Shown here in pieces: positions 1 to 9,626 of a stretch of 63,012 nt of DNA. The position numbers and the translations under genes were made by a program. The notes beneath the pieces were generated by a model. The model saw only the letters and a program-made list of their open reading frames with translations. It was not told the DNA's origin and searched no databases. The DNA is taken from the NCBI GenBank assembly GCA_040220235.1, contig JAVJTO010000143.1; one strand, 5' to 3'. Position 1 is the stretch's first letter, and every line of letters starts with the position of its first letter. The stretch is from Coleofasciculus sp. B1-GNL1-01 (GTDB taxonomy: Bacteria > Cyanobacteriota > Cyanobacteriia > Cyanobacteriales > Coleofasciculaceae).

Positions 1-297
1 ATTGAACTGTTAAATACCCGCCGTTCGCTTTTTTCGGCTCAAGACTTAGGGGAGTTGGCACAGTTAATTCAACCGTTACCGGATAAAATAGAAACGCTGT
101 CTGATGCGATCGCACAATGGTGTAAGCAGGATGTCCATTCCTCAAAGCATCAGGCTTGGCGGGATTGTCTGTCTGGTAAGGTGGCGGCGACGGTGGAGGA
201 ATGGTTGACTCGAAATCTGGAAACATTGGAAACTTGGGAACCTTCGGTGAATAAAGCTATCCTACAGCAGGGGATTTCAACAGAGAATTCTAATTAG
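1..297 (+). CDS. 3' part of a hypothetical protein (5'-truncated by window edge)
   Basis: Frame of ORF 55..297 is open back to base 1 (IELLNTRRSLFSAQDLGELAQLIQPLPDKIETLSDAIAQWC...); no recognisable domain. Confidence 0.6.
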   Translation: MELLNTRRSLFSAQDLGELAQLIQPLPDKIETLSDAIAQWCKQDVHSSKHQAWRDCLSGKVAATVEEWLTRNLETLETWEPSVNKAILQQGISTENSN

Positions 298-450
298 CGA
301 TCGCCTGTTGGTTCGGGATGATTCACAAACTGTTCATTTTGTCAATACAGTGACTGTAGGAATTTTCGGCTTCTGGGGTGGCACAGTATCAGATGTCAAC
401 TCTGTGCTGGAGGTCACTAGAAATAACCATCGGTTAGGACACATCATTTA

Positions 451-729
451 TGTAGAGACGTTCCATGGAACGTCTCTACAATGGCGCCGAAAGTCCTAAT
501 TGATGTGTCTATTGCTATAATCAATGTCTCAGCAATTTGATACCCGTTGGCAAAATTTTGACGGCTGAAAGCGGGGGCGAAAAACCGGGTCAGCCGTCAA
601 AATCGCTAGAATGTTGATATAGTAAGAGTTCTAGCGTTTTAAGATTTTGATTAATTGCGAGTAGAGACGTTGCATGCAACGTCTCTACAATGGTGCCGAA
701 AGTCCTAATCGATGTGTCTACTGCTATAA
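451..729. repeat. Two direct copies (451-520, 661-729) of a ~70-bp REP/MITE-like unit with GTAGAGACGTT...AACGTCTCTAC palindrome
   Basis: tgtagagacgttccatggaacgtctctacaatggcgccgaaagtcctaat... vs gtagagacgttgcatgcaacgtctctacaatggtgccgaaagtcctaat... Confidence 0.85.
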
Positions 730-990
730 ATAGCAACCATTCCCCTCTTGCTACTCACTAAGAGGGGATTCAATTCATCGAAACCTTAAGGGCACAGCAA
801 TACCGTACCCCTACCTATCCACAAAAAACCGCTATTCATCCCCCTTCATCCAACCCCCCTCAAACCCTCTCCCCAACCGGGATTCACCCCCACTCCAAAA
901 ACTCCCATTAATCCCCTTTAATTCCTAGCCTCACATCCCGAAGAATTGCTAGAGTACAGTCTAGACACCTAAACCCAAAGGAAATCCGCC

Positions 991-2733
991 GTGTCTGACT
1001 ACACCGCCGCCAGTTTTGCCCCCGTACAAGGCTTTATCGAAAAATCCCGCAAACTGCGAGACTTGTATGGCTCATCGCTAATCTTATCCTTTTTAAGTTC
1101 TAAACTGGTGCAAAAGGCAGACTCTTTAGGACTCCTGGTTATCTCCCCCGGATTACCCGATGTCGCTAAAGGAATGCCGAATCGGATTCTGGTACAAGGG
1201 AAATTTGACCGCAATTTAGTTAAAACGACTCTACTCACTGAATGGCAAAGGATACTCACCATTTGCCGAGAGTGGATCGAAGCTAACCTAGGTATCCCCA
1301 AAAATCAGTATTGTTGGTCACAAACTGAAGCCGATCAAGGACATCAGAAAGGAGAATGGGAACGCTGGGGAAGTTATACCTGGGAAATCTTTTGGGGTTA
1401 TGGTGACTCCGTACAAGCCGCCATGGATGACTTGGAACGGCGCAAACTTAAGCGTGATTGGATTGCGATTAACTGGATGGGGGAAAGTTCTAGTTTAACC
1501 GGAACTGATGCGATCGCGTGGCATCAATTGGGTAAGTTTAACCCTAATCCGGGGCGTTCTCTTAGCCAAGGGGAACTAGAGGAGATGGAACTGTTTTATC
1601 GGCGCTTGTCTTGGCTACTGGATAACCCGGATTATCGGGTGGGACAAGAGAGTCTGTCTCTGGATGAGTTGAGAGAAAAGCAAGCCAATCCTGATCAAAT
1701 TGGTCGCTATATTGCCCCCAATGAACGGTTAAGTATTCCAGAATTGGTCAAGCGTTTAGTCACCTACGATAAACTCGCCGATAAAATTGGACTGGATAAA
1801 CTCAAAGCCAAACCCGATGACCCCGAATTTAAGGATATTATTCGCGAACCCGGATATTGGACGGGTTGGTTTATGGGGGATGGTGACAAGGTGGGCGATA
1901 AGTTAAAACTTCTGGCAAGTCGCCCTGATGAACCTCGTAGAGACGGGACTGTGGAAGATCTCCCGCCTACAGCAACGAATCTCAAAAAATTTACCCAGTT
2001 AATTCGAGAATGGGGACAAGAGTTTCAGAAAAACTCTGACCTATTTCCCCAGGGAAAAGGACGAGTGATTTATGCGGGAGGCGATGACTTTCTCGGTGTT
2101 TTATATAGCCCAGAATCCGACCCTCCCACGCCACCGGACAAGGTTAAACCGATTGAAGCGTTGCAGTGGTTATTAACCTTAGAACAGCATTGGCAAGACC
2201 AACAACAAAAGATTAAACATCAGTTAAATCTAGACTTTACCTATAGTGTTGGCTTCGTTTGGGCAGGACATCAAGTTCCCCAACGAGACATTTTACAACA
2301 TTGTCGAGAAGCCGAACAACGGGCAAAAAATCAAGGACGCGATCGCGTGACGATTCGGGTGGTTTTTAATAGCGGTCAATCTGTCCAATGGACTTGTCCC
2401 TGGGACTATTTACACGTCCTCACCCAGTATCGCGATCGCGATGGCAAATCCTGGGGAGAGGAACCGAATTGGAACCATGTTTATAGCGATTGGGCGCAGT
2501 TAAAAGCCCGTCATGGAATTCGCTTAAAGGAAATGGAGGGAATGCCGATTCGGAAAGATGTCGCCTTGGCGATTTTTGACCTGTATTTTAATCAGGCGGG
2601 AGAAAGGTTCAGTCAGGAGAATAAATGGAGTGATATTGCTGGCGATAACACCAATATCGTGATTGTAAATTGGATTAACGACTTGATTCAAGTAGGGTGG
2701 CAATTATGTCGAACAACGGCTTCAAATACTTAA
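991..2733 (+). CDS. cas10: Type III-B CRISPR Cas10/Cmr2, lacking the HD nuclease domain
   Basis: N-terminal PVQGFIEKSRKLRDLYGSSLILS Cmr2 motif, MPNR, FMGDGD and intact IYAGGDD palm motif; only 580 aa with no N-terminal HD domain. Confidence 0.95.
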   Translation: MSDYTAASFAPVQGFIEKSRKLRDLYGSSLILSFLSSKLVQKADSLGLLVISPGLPDVAKGMPNRILVQGKFDRNLVKTTLLTEWQRILTICREWIEANLGIPKNQYCWSQTEADQGHQKGEWERWGSYTWEIFWGYGDSVQAAMDDLERRKLKRDWIAINWMGESSSLTGTDAIAWHQLGKFNPNPGRSLSQGELEEMELFYRRLSWLLDNPDYRVGQESLSLDELREKQANPDQIGRYIAPNERLSIPELVKRLVTYDKLADKIGLDKLKAKPDDPEFKDIIREPGYWTGWFMGDGDKVGDKLKLLASRPDEPRRDGTVEDLPPTATNLKKFTQLIREWGQEFQKNSDLFPQGKGRVIYAGGDDFLGVLYSPESDPPTPPDKVKPIEALQWLLTLEQHWQDQQQKIKHQLNLDFTYSVGFVWAGHQVPQRDILQHCREAEQRAKNQGRDRVTIRVVFNSGQSVQWTCPWDYLHVLTQYRDRDGKSWGEEPNWNHVYSDWAQLKARHGIRLKEMEGMPIRKDVALAIFDLYFNQAGERFSQENKWSDIAGDNTNIVIVNWINDLIQVGWQLCRTTASNT

Positions 2734-3839
2734 TCGCCGTCAAGCCATTAGGCTTCATGTATGGTAGTGCTGGTGCTTTTTTATCCCCAGAAAACCTGGT
2801 CGGGCGATCGGGGACAAAATTCCCACCGGATGCGGCGACAATGGCGGGATTATTTTTTCATGCTAATCAGGAACATCAGTTTTCCAATCATAAAGAGTTA
2901 AGCCATAATCTGGTTGTCGCGGGGGCGTTTTGGGCAGAACGGGATGACCCCAAACACTTTTATGTACCGATTCCTTGGCATAAAGTTATCGCCGAAAAAG
3001 AGGAGGATGAATGGTATTTTGTCAAGAAAAAAGTTGCCCCCTCAGCAGCCAGTGACAGCGATGAAACCAACTGGATTCTGGGTCAGTATCGATGGCATCG
3101 GGATAACAAAGACCTCAATCCCGATTATACCTGGCAATCGATTTATAGCTGGACTTTACCCACCGCCGAACTGAGAAAAGGTAAAGAGGTTGAGACAGCC
3201 CCCTGGGAGTTTATCCCGTTTTTACATCCGCAACTGAAACAGCAGGAACGTCATGTGGTTAACCAAGATGGACTCTTCTTAGAAAATGCCGTACAACTGA
3301 ATCAAGACTATTGCTTAGTCTACCTAGCCAACTATGAACTCCCTAGCGGCTGGTATCGGTTTGGCGGGGAAGGACATTTAGTCGATATTCAGACGCATCC
3401 TCTCTTAGAAACCCACCCCATTAATAAACTCTTGCGCCAAAAGATTCACCATGCTTTTGCCCTAATTACCCCCGGCGTTTGGGGGTCAAATAAACTCTCC
3501 TATCGCTATCCTCACCATCCCAGCTTTCCCCATCAGGGACTAAAAATGCTCACCGATAGACCGATTCCTTACCGTTATCGTATCGGTGAATCTAAACCGG
3601 AAGACGCCGAAAAACAGGACTATGATCCCAGGAAAACGGGACGCTTAAGTCGGGGACGCTACGCCGTTCCCCCTGGAAGCGTTTACGTGTTCAAACATCC
3701 CTTAAATCTGACGTGGTGGGATTTTCCCGATGCATGGTTTCCCCAAGAAGGATTCCCCCTCAAGCATTTAGGATGTGGCTTATGTTTACCCATTGATATC
3801 AAAGGATTACCCCCATGTACCACCAAGGCTACGGCATAA
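2706..3839 (+). CDS. cmr3: Type III-B CRISPR RAMP Cmr3 (Cas5 group)
   Basis: Follows cas10; motifs FPP, YRFGGEGH, ALITPGVWGS, RYAVPPGSVY, LGCGL; ATG at 2706 preferred to GTG at 2697. Confidence 0.9.
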   Translation: MSNNGFKYLIAVKPLGFMYGSAGAFLSPENLVGRSGTKFPPDAATMAGLFFHANQEHQFSNHKELSHNLVVAGAFWAERDDPKHFYVPIPWHKVIAEKEEDEWYFVKKKVAPSAASDSDETNWILGQYRWHRDNKDLNPDYTWQSIYSWTLPTAELRKGKEVETAPWEFIPFLHPQLKQQERHVVNQDGLFLENAVQLNQDYCLVYLANYELPSGWYRFGGEGHLVDIQTHPLLETHPINKLLRQKIHHAFALITPGVWGSNKLSYRYPHHPSFPHQGLKMLTDRPIPYRYRIGESKPEDAEKQDYDPRKTGRLSRGRYAVPPGSVYVFKHPLNLTWWDFPDAWFPQEGFPLKHLGCGLCLPIDIKGLPPCTTKATA

Positions 3840-4810
3840 TTAAAACCCTCGCCCCCCTTTATGTCGGCGCAACCGCTGGCGAAGAAACGGGGAATTTGAA
3901 TCTAATTTTTCGGGATAAAATTACCCAAACGGGAATCATTCCCGGAAGTTCGATTCGGGGACGATTTCGGGCAGATATGCGACTTAAACGTCAAGATTGG
4001 TTAGAGTTAAACCTCAAGGCGGCGAAGGTGGAGATTCCCGATGCAGAGGTGTCAGAGATTGAAGTCGAAAGTAAGGGTACTACCCAAACCATTCCGCGAT
4101 TAGTCTGGTTAGAACAACAGGCGCAAAGAAACAACCTGACGGTTCCGAAGGCGATTAATGATAATTACTGGTATGGGCAAACTGTACAGGGAGGAGACGA
4201 TAATAGTACGACTGAAGCCTTAGTTAAATTTGAATACGCCTCCCTCCTCTGGTTACCTGTATTTTGTCCCGGTCAACCTGTAGTTTGGGTAACTTGTCCC
4301 TGGTTACTCAGACGATATCAAGACATCGCCAAGATTGACGCCGATGTTCCCAAGCCCTACACCGCCGGGAAAGGACTAAAAGGGAGACAAATAGCAGGGC
4401 GCGGTCAAGTTCTCTTCTTTAATTTAGGCTTCGTTGAAGTAGAAGAGGACGAGGACGAGGATTTATCACCTTGGATTCCACCGGGAAGCCAGTTAGAACA
4501 AAACAAATTAGTTGTTCTCAGCGATAACGATATTGCCATGGTGCATGATATGGCATTATATCGTCAAAGTCGGGTCAAACTCTTAGATGAGATGAAGAAA
4601 GTCGAGAATTTTTTCAATGTAGAAGCCTTACCCGAAGCCAGCGTCCTAGTCTTTCCCATCGCCCAGAAGAGAACCGGGTGGAAACCCTTTCAGGAGAAAG
4701 CCTCATTAGAATTATATTTTGGCGGATTAGAATCAATTGGATTTGGTCGCTGTCGGGTATTCATTCAATATCAAACCCCTGACAAAAAACCAATGACGAA
4801 TGACCAATGA
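3815..4810 (+). CDS. cmr4: Type III-B CRISPR RAMP Cmr4 (Cas7 group backbone)
   Basis: IIPGSSIRG, LLWLPV, VWVTCPWLL, E-ALPE and C-terminal G-rich loop FGGLESIGFG. Confidence 0.92.
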   Translation: MYHQGYGIIKTLAPLYVGATAGEETGNLNLIFRDKITQTGIIPGSSIRGRFRADMRLKRQDWLELNLKAAKVEIPDAEVSEIEVESKGTTQTIPRLVWLEQQAQRNNLTVPKAINDNYWYGQTVQGGDDNSTTEALVKFEYASLLWLPVFCPGQPVVWVTCPWLLRRYQDIAKIDADVPKPYTAGKGLKGRQIAGRGQVLFFNLGFVEVEEDEDEDLSPWIPPGSQLEQNKLVVLSDNDIAMVHDMALYRQSRVKLLDEMKKVENFFNVEALPEASVLVFPIAQKRTGWKPFQEKASLELYFGGLESIGFGRCRVFIQYQTPDKKPMTNDQ

Positions 4811-4834
4811 CCAATGACAAAGGACAAATCAACC

Positions 4835-5233
4835 ATGGCTTGGCAATCTTACGAACTCGATCACATCGCCCAAAAATTAGTTCTAGACGCCCGCAGACGC
4901 GACTCTGAATCCCTCAAGCAATCCCACAAAATGCGGTTAGCGGTAGCCTATGGACTAGAACGATTTTGGGGTGAACATTTGCGACTGCAAGGGAAAGAAG
5001 ACAGCAAATCCCACTATTGGAAAGACACCTGGGATGCATTACACAAGCTGATGGAAAAAGCCGGAGTAATCATTCCCAATGATCCGGTAAATCCTAACCA
5101 AGTAGATGAAATTGAAGCCATGTCTGAGAAATTATGGCAACTCTCTATAGAGGATCAACGAGTCGCGATCGCGGTTTTAACTCAACTCTGTGATTGCATT
5201 GTTTGGTGGACACAACGATACAAAGTTAAGTAG
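4835..5233 (+). CDS. cmr5: Type III-B small subunit Cmr5 (Cas11)
   Basis: Small helical protein between cmr4 and cmr6; KMRLAVAYGLERF and W-R-Y C-terminus; ATG at 4835 preferred because the ATG at 4814 lies in a heptamer repeat. Confidence 0.75.
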   Translation: MAWQSYELDHIAQKLVLDARRRDSESLKQSHKMRLAVAYGLERFWGEHLRLQGKEDSKSHYWKDTWDALHKLMEKAGVIIPNDPVNPNQVDEIEAMSEKLWQLSIEDQRVAIAVLTQLCDCIVWWTQRYKVK

Positions 5234-5631
5234 GTGGACATAATTAACGTGAACGGTGAAGATCGTCATTCGTCATTCGTCATTTGTCCTTTGTAAGGGT
5301 TTAAGTCAATCGTAGGGTGCGTTAGCGAAGCGTAACGCACCATGGATAACCACATTTTTACACATCATTTATCGGTGTCAATGTTAGCAATATTCCCCCT
5401 CACCCCCAACCCCTCTCCCACCCTGGGGAGAGGGGAGTCAGAAAAGATAACCAGCTATATTTTTAAGCATGAATCATTCCGGTTCCCCTTCTCCCTTGAT
5501 GGGAGAAGGGGTTAGGGGAAGAGGGTGAACCAATGTTAGTTTAGGATAGAATCAACCGCGCATTTTTAGGGCGCACGTCGGTGCGCCCCTACGATTTCCC
5601 CCCATCATCTAAAACGCCACTGAACCGAATC

Positions 5632-7359
5632 ATGAAACCCATACCCAACGCCTACAAAAAAGTCCCAATGATGTTCCGCGCCCAAATCCTGGGACGCAGC
5701 CAACTCCACTATATTGACCCCCAGAAAAAGAAAGACGGGGAAAAACAAGATGTCCAATATTGGGCAGAAGAATGGATGGAAAAAGCCGAATTTATTCCCC
5801 TCACCCATTCAGACGACAGTCAAAACCCAACCGACCAAACCAAAACCTATCAAATTCGCTGGCGATTCGTTACCAATGGCGGACAAGATGATGGGATGAT
5901 TCGTCCGGTTATTGGGGGTTATGGTATTCCCTTTTATCCCGGTAGTAGTATGAAAGGCGCATTCCGCCAAGCCTGTGAACAAGCCGAACAAGCCGGAATT
6001 ATTCCCCCAAATCGCTGTAATCTGTACTGTGGCGATGAAACCAATTTCACCCCAGGACTTCTCCGCTTTCACGGCGCTTATCCGATTAATGATTGGACTA
6101 AAAATTTAGTTGATTTAGTCCATCCCCAGCAAGGATGGCAAGTGAAAACCCAGAATACAAGAGGGAAGAATCAATTAAGTGGAGAAAGTGCTTATGCGTT
6201 AGTCTCGCTGGTGCAACCGACCTTACGATTTGGTATATCTAGTCGTAAACCTTTATCGACCGAACAATGGCAAGAAATTTGGCAGATTTGGCAATACGCG
6301 ATCGCGACGGGTTTAGGAACCCGAGTCAGTGCCGGATATGGGCAGGTTGAGACAGATTCTCGTTCAATTTTATATCAGGTTCGGGTCAAGGGACAAGGAC
6401 AAGCCGCTAAGTTAATTGATGGGACGGGAGAATTTCGTCCGAATATCTTTCGCGCCAGTTTACGGGGTCATGCGTTACGCTTATTTGGCGGCTTAACCAA
6501 TGCCAAAACAGCGGAAGCCTTGGTGGAACAATTGTTTGGTGGCGTGGAAGGAAATGGAAGCGTAGGACTCTTAAAGCTAGGGTTTCAAACGGAGGAGTTA
6601 CGGTTAGGGACGTTTGGTCGAAATGAGTATGAACAGCCCACCTATAATGTAGAAGGAGATATAATTTGGTCATTAACTCGCCCCCTCCCCGATGATCAAC
6701 ACGCCGCCTTACAAAACCTCGTCACCGATTTAATCTGGTTTGCTATGGTGTTTGGCGGATTTGGCAAGTCTTGGCGACGGGCGGATCATCGCTTATTTTA
6801 TGATGATGATGAGTATGAAAAGTTAATTGGTTGTCATTGGCAATGGGCGGGAAAAATTGACCAAAAAAATGCCTTTCGCGTCCGGAGTCCTAAAACAATC
6901 GGCAAGTTTATTAATTCGGTCTTAGACACAGCGAAAACCTGGATGAAATTACAAGGAAAAATCCCCAATCCCAATCATCCTGCCAATTGGCGCGAATCCT
7001 GGCATCCCTCTCGCGTCCAAGTCTGGGGACGATTGGCAAAAAATCGGGATGAATGTGTGGCGATTTATTGGTTACATAAACGCTATCAAGAAGGCATTCG
7101 TCGCGGCGAAACTGACAAAAGTATTAAACGGACATCGGTAACCGGAGAACTGGGTCAAATTGGTCGCTTGTGGCATCGAATGTATCCACCGAAACTCTTC
7201 TGGATTAAGAAAGAGGGAAAACTTGAACCGAAATCAATGAATCGGTTTATTGAGTTATTAACTCTGTTTCCGGATGAGTCACCGGAATGTAAGAAGTTTG
7301 TCGCATTTCTTCAGCAAAAACCAAAGGGATTTGAATTATTGTGGGGAGGAAAGGAATAA
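5632..7359 (+). CDS. cmr6: Cmr6-Cmr1 fusion RAMP protein
   Basis: N-terminal Cmr6 RAMP (GIPFYPGSSMKGAFR, GLGTRVSAGYG) followed by a second Cmr1-like RAMP (FRASLRGHALRLFGG, FGGFGKSWRR); ATG at 5632 preferred. Confidence 0.85.
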   Translation: MKPIPNAYKKVPMMFRAQILGRSQLHYIDPQKKKDGEKQDVQYWAEEWMEKAEFIPLTHSDDSQNPTDQTKTYQIRWRFVTNGGQDDGMIRPVIGGYGIPFYPGSSMKGAFRQACEQAEQAGIIPPNRCNLYCGDETNFTPGLLRFHGAYPINDWTKNLVDLVHPQQGWQVKTQNTRGKNQLSGESAYALVSLVQPTLRFGISSRKPLSTEQWQEIWQIWQYAIATGLGTRVSAGYGQVETDSRSILYQVRVKGQGQAAKLIDGTGEFRPNIFRASLRGHALRLFGGLTNAKTAEALVEQLFGGVEGNGSVGLLKLGFQTEELRLGTFGRNEYEQPTYNVEGDIIWSLTRPLPDDQHAALQNLVTDLIWFAMVFGGFGKSWRRADHRLFYDDDEYEKLIGCHWQWAGKIDQKNAFRVRSPKTIGKFINSVLDTAKTWMKLQGKIPNPNHPANWRESWHPSRVQVWGRLAKNRDECVAIYWLHKRYQEGIRRGETDKSIKRTSVTGELGQIGRLWHRMYPPKLFWIKKEGKLEPKSMNRFIELLTLFPDESPECKKFVAFLQQKPKGFELLWGGKE

Positions 7360-9053
7360 TGGCAATTTGGATTGTAACCATTGGCAGTAGTGATGTGCAA
7401 TTAGACAGTGACAAAATTAGTAAGAAAAAGGGACGAAGGGAAAAGCAGCGCAGTGATAAGATGTGGACTAATTGGTATAAGGATGAGATTCTGGGCGAAT
7501 TCCACAATATTAAATTTGAACTCAAGCAAATCGATAACCATGTCACTCAACCTTATCGGATTGAACCCAGGGTATTGGGAACGGTTTATCAGTATCATTC
7601 CCCCCAGATACAGGAACAGATTTGGTCGTATTTAAATTTTCCCCTGTTGGATACATTTGTAAACCGATTAAAAGCAGAAACCGATCAGTTAGATCAAATT
7701 ATCGTCCTGTTAACCGATCAATCCCAGATTTTCTCCGATTACCAAACCCAGCACCAAATTACCTGTCCCTATTGGCAAGATACCCATCCATTACAGCCTA
7801 TTTTAGCCCGATATTTTCAGGGGGAGGATAAGTTTCCAAAAACCCCCTGTGAATGGATTTACCTAGCGCCGAACTCTAATGATCCAGGATTAGATGAATG
7901 GGATTATGTTCTCGATTTAGTCCGAAAGGAATTAGATTCTCTCCCTTTTACCGCCAACCCTAATCCGGCGACGAGTCAAACCGTTTATGTTAGTCATCAA
8001 GCCAGCACTCCAGCCATTTCTTCAGCGGTTCAGTTTATGAGTCTCGCCCGATTTGGCAAGCGGGTACAATTTTTAGTCAGTAATGAATATCACCTAGAAC
8101 GTCCAGCGAATATTATTAGCAATTCCCAATATCTGCGGGGAATTCAGGTACAACAGGCGAAGGGATTAATTCAATCCGGAACTCCGGGTGCGGCGTTACA
8201 CTTGTTAGAATTAGCAGAACTTAAGGGAAGTTTAGAGGCGTCGGTGGTGGCTGAGTTGGAAAAACTGGTGGATTTTTTCAATCTGAATCGTTCCCTGGCG
8301 GATAAGTCAAGTGAATTTGACCTTAAAGCAGCGACGGCGCGAATTGTTGATGGGATTGCCTTGATTGAACGATTATTTGAGCAAGAGAATTATCTGCCTG
8401 GAATTGCGCTATTGGCGGCGGCGCAAGAGACGTTTTTGCGGTGTGCGATTATGACGGAAATTCAGGGACGTTCAGTTTCGTTATCGATTAATGGAACTCA
8501 GCAACGTTTTCCGGCGGAGGATTTAATTCAATGGCTAAGGAGAGGGTTACAGTTTGTTTCTACGGATGATTTGAAGCATTATTGGTCTGTATCGGGTTCG
8601 AGTAAGGAAGAAGTGAATAAAACGATTAAGACGCTGAAGCTAGAGACATTAAAGCAATTACAGTTTCCCATTGATGACAACCGATTCAAGCGTCAACCCA
8701 ACCAAATCGGCAAGAATGAATTTATGCTCAAATGGCTGTGTCATCTCCGGTCAGATTTCCAGCCGTGGAAGGTATTGCACTGGTCATGTATTCAGAAGAA
8801 CGAAGCGGGAGAACATGATGATGATATCCGCAACCAATTGATGCATAATTTGCAAGGCATGAAGCCGGAGGATGTGGTCAAGTATTTATTAGGGAATCAA
8901 GAGAGAGATATATCGGTTATTCAGGCGTATCAGACTGAAGTGAAACCGCAATTTATGGCGGCGATTCGTCTGTGTGGTTTGCCATTTACTGAGCCGAAGT
9001 TAACAGAGAGGCTGCAAGGTGTGGCAGATGCGATGCGGATTAAATTATCTTAG
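7359..9053 (+). CDS. Csm6-like CARF-HEPN ancillary ribonuclease (putative cOA-activated effector)
   Basis: Start overlaps cmr6 stop (TAATG); N-terminal WIVTIGSSDV, WQDT and VSHQASTPAISSA resemble Csm6-type CARF motifs; C-terminal RNQLMH fits the HEPN R-X4-H motif. Confidence 0.7.
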   Translation: MAIWIVTIGSSDVQLDSDKISKKKGRREKQRSDKMWTNWYKDEILGEFHNIKFELKQIDNHVTQPYRIEPRVLGTVYQYHSPQIQEQIWSYLNFPLLDTFVNRLKAETDQLDQIIVLLTDQSQIFSDYQTQHQITCPYWQDTHPLQPILARYFQGEDKFPKTPCEWIYLAPNSNDPGLDEWDYVLDLVRKELDSLPFTANPNPATSQTVYVSHQASTPAISSAVQFMSLARFGKRVQFLVSNEYHLERPANIISNSQYLRGIQVQQAKGLIQSGTPGAALHLLELAELKGSLEASVVAELEKLVDFFNLNRSLADKSSEFDLKAATARIVDGIALIERLFEQENYLPGIALLAAAQETFLRCAIMTEIQGRSVSLSINGTQQRFPAEDLIQWLRRGLQFVSTDDLKHYWSVSGSSKEEVNKTIKTLKLETLKQLQFPIDDNRFKRQPNQIGKNEFMLKWLCHLRSDFQPWKVLHWSCIQKNEAGEHDDDIRNQLMHNLQGMKPEDVVKYLLGNQERDISVIQAYQTEVKPQFMAAIRLCGLPFTEPKLTERLQGVADAMRIKLS

Positions 9054-9087
9054 CATTTACTCAAGGCGAACCCACACAAAAAACGTC

Positions 9088-9476
9088 GGGGCGCACCGAT
9101 GTGTATTGCGGTCAACTTAAGGTTAACCCCTCACCCCCAGTCCCTCTCCCAGCCCTCACCCCCAGCCCCTCTCCCAGCCCTCACCCCCAGCCCCTCTCCC
9201 AAGCTTGGGAGAGGGGAGTAAGAGGGGAGTAAGAGGGGAGTAAGAGGGGAGTAAGAGGGGAGCAAGAGGGGAGCAAGAAAATCCGGTTCCCCTTCTCCCA
9301 CCCCCCTCGTTCCCCCCTACAAGAGGGGGGAGGACAGAGGATGCTATCGCTTTTGTTTCAAGGGAGAAGGGGTTAGGGGATGAGGGGGAAATGTCGAGGA
9401 GTAGATAGACACAGCTTAAAATATTACCAGCATTAGTTTTTCACATTAAGTTGACACGGATGACCGACGTGCGCCC
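9088..9476. mobile_element. MITE-like element with GTCAACTTAA...TTAAGTTGAC terminal inverted repeats and internal tandem repeats
   Basis: TIRs at 9111-9120 and 9446-9455 inside a GGGCGCAC...GTGCGCCC REP; homologous in inverted orientation to 15616-15949. Confidence 0.65.
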
Positions 9477-9626
9477 GATTTAATCAAGTCAGCAGATGCT
9501 TCGCTTTTTGCCACAGAAGGGAAAGAATTCAAAGCCTCTCTCCCCATTCCCCCCTTTCAAAGGGGGGTTAGGGGGGATGGAGAGAGGTTTTCCAGATTCC
9601 GACCAAAAGTCAGCAAAATTACCCGC

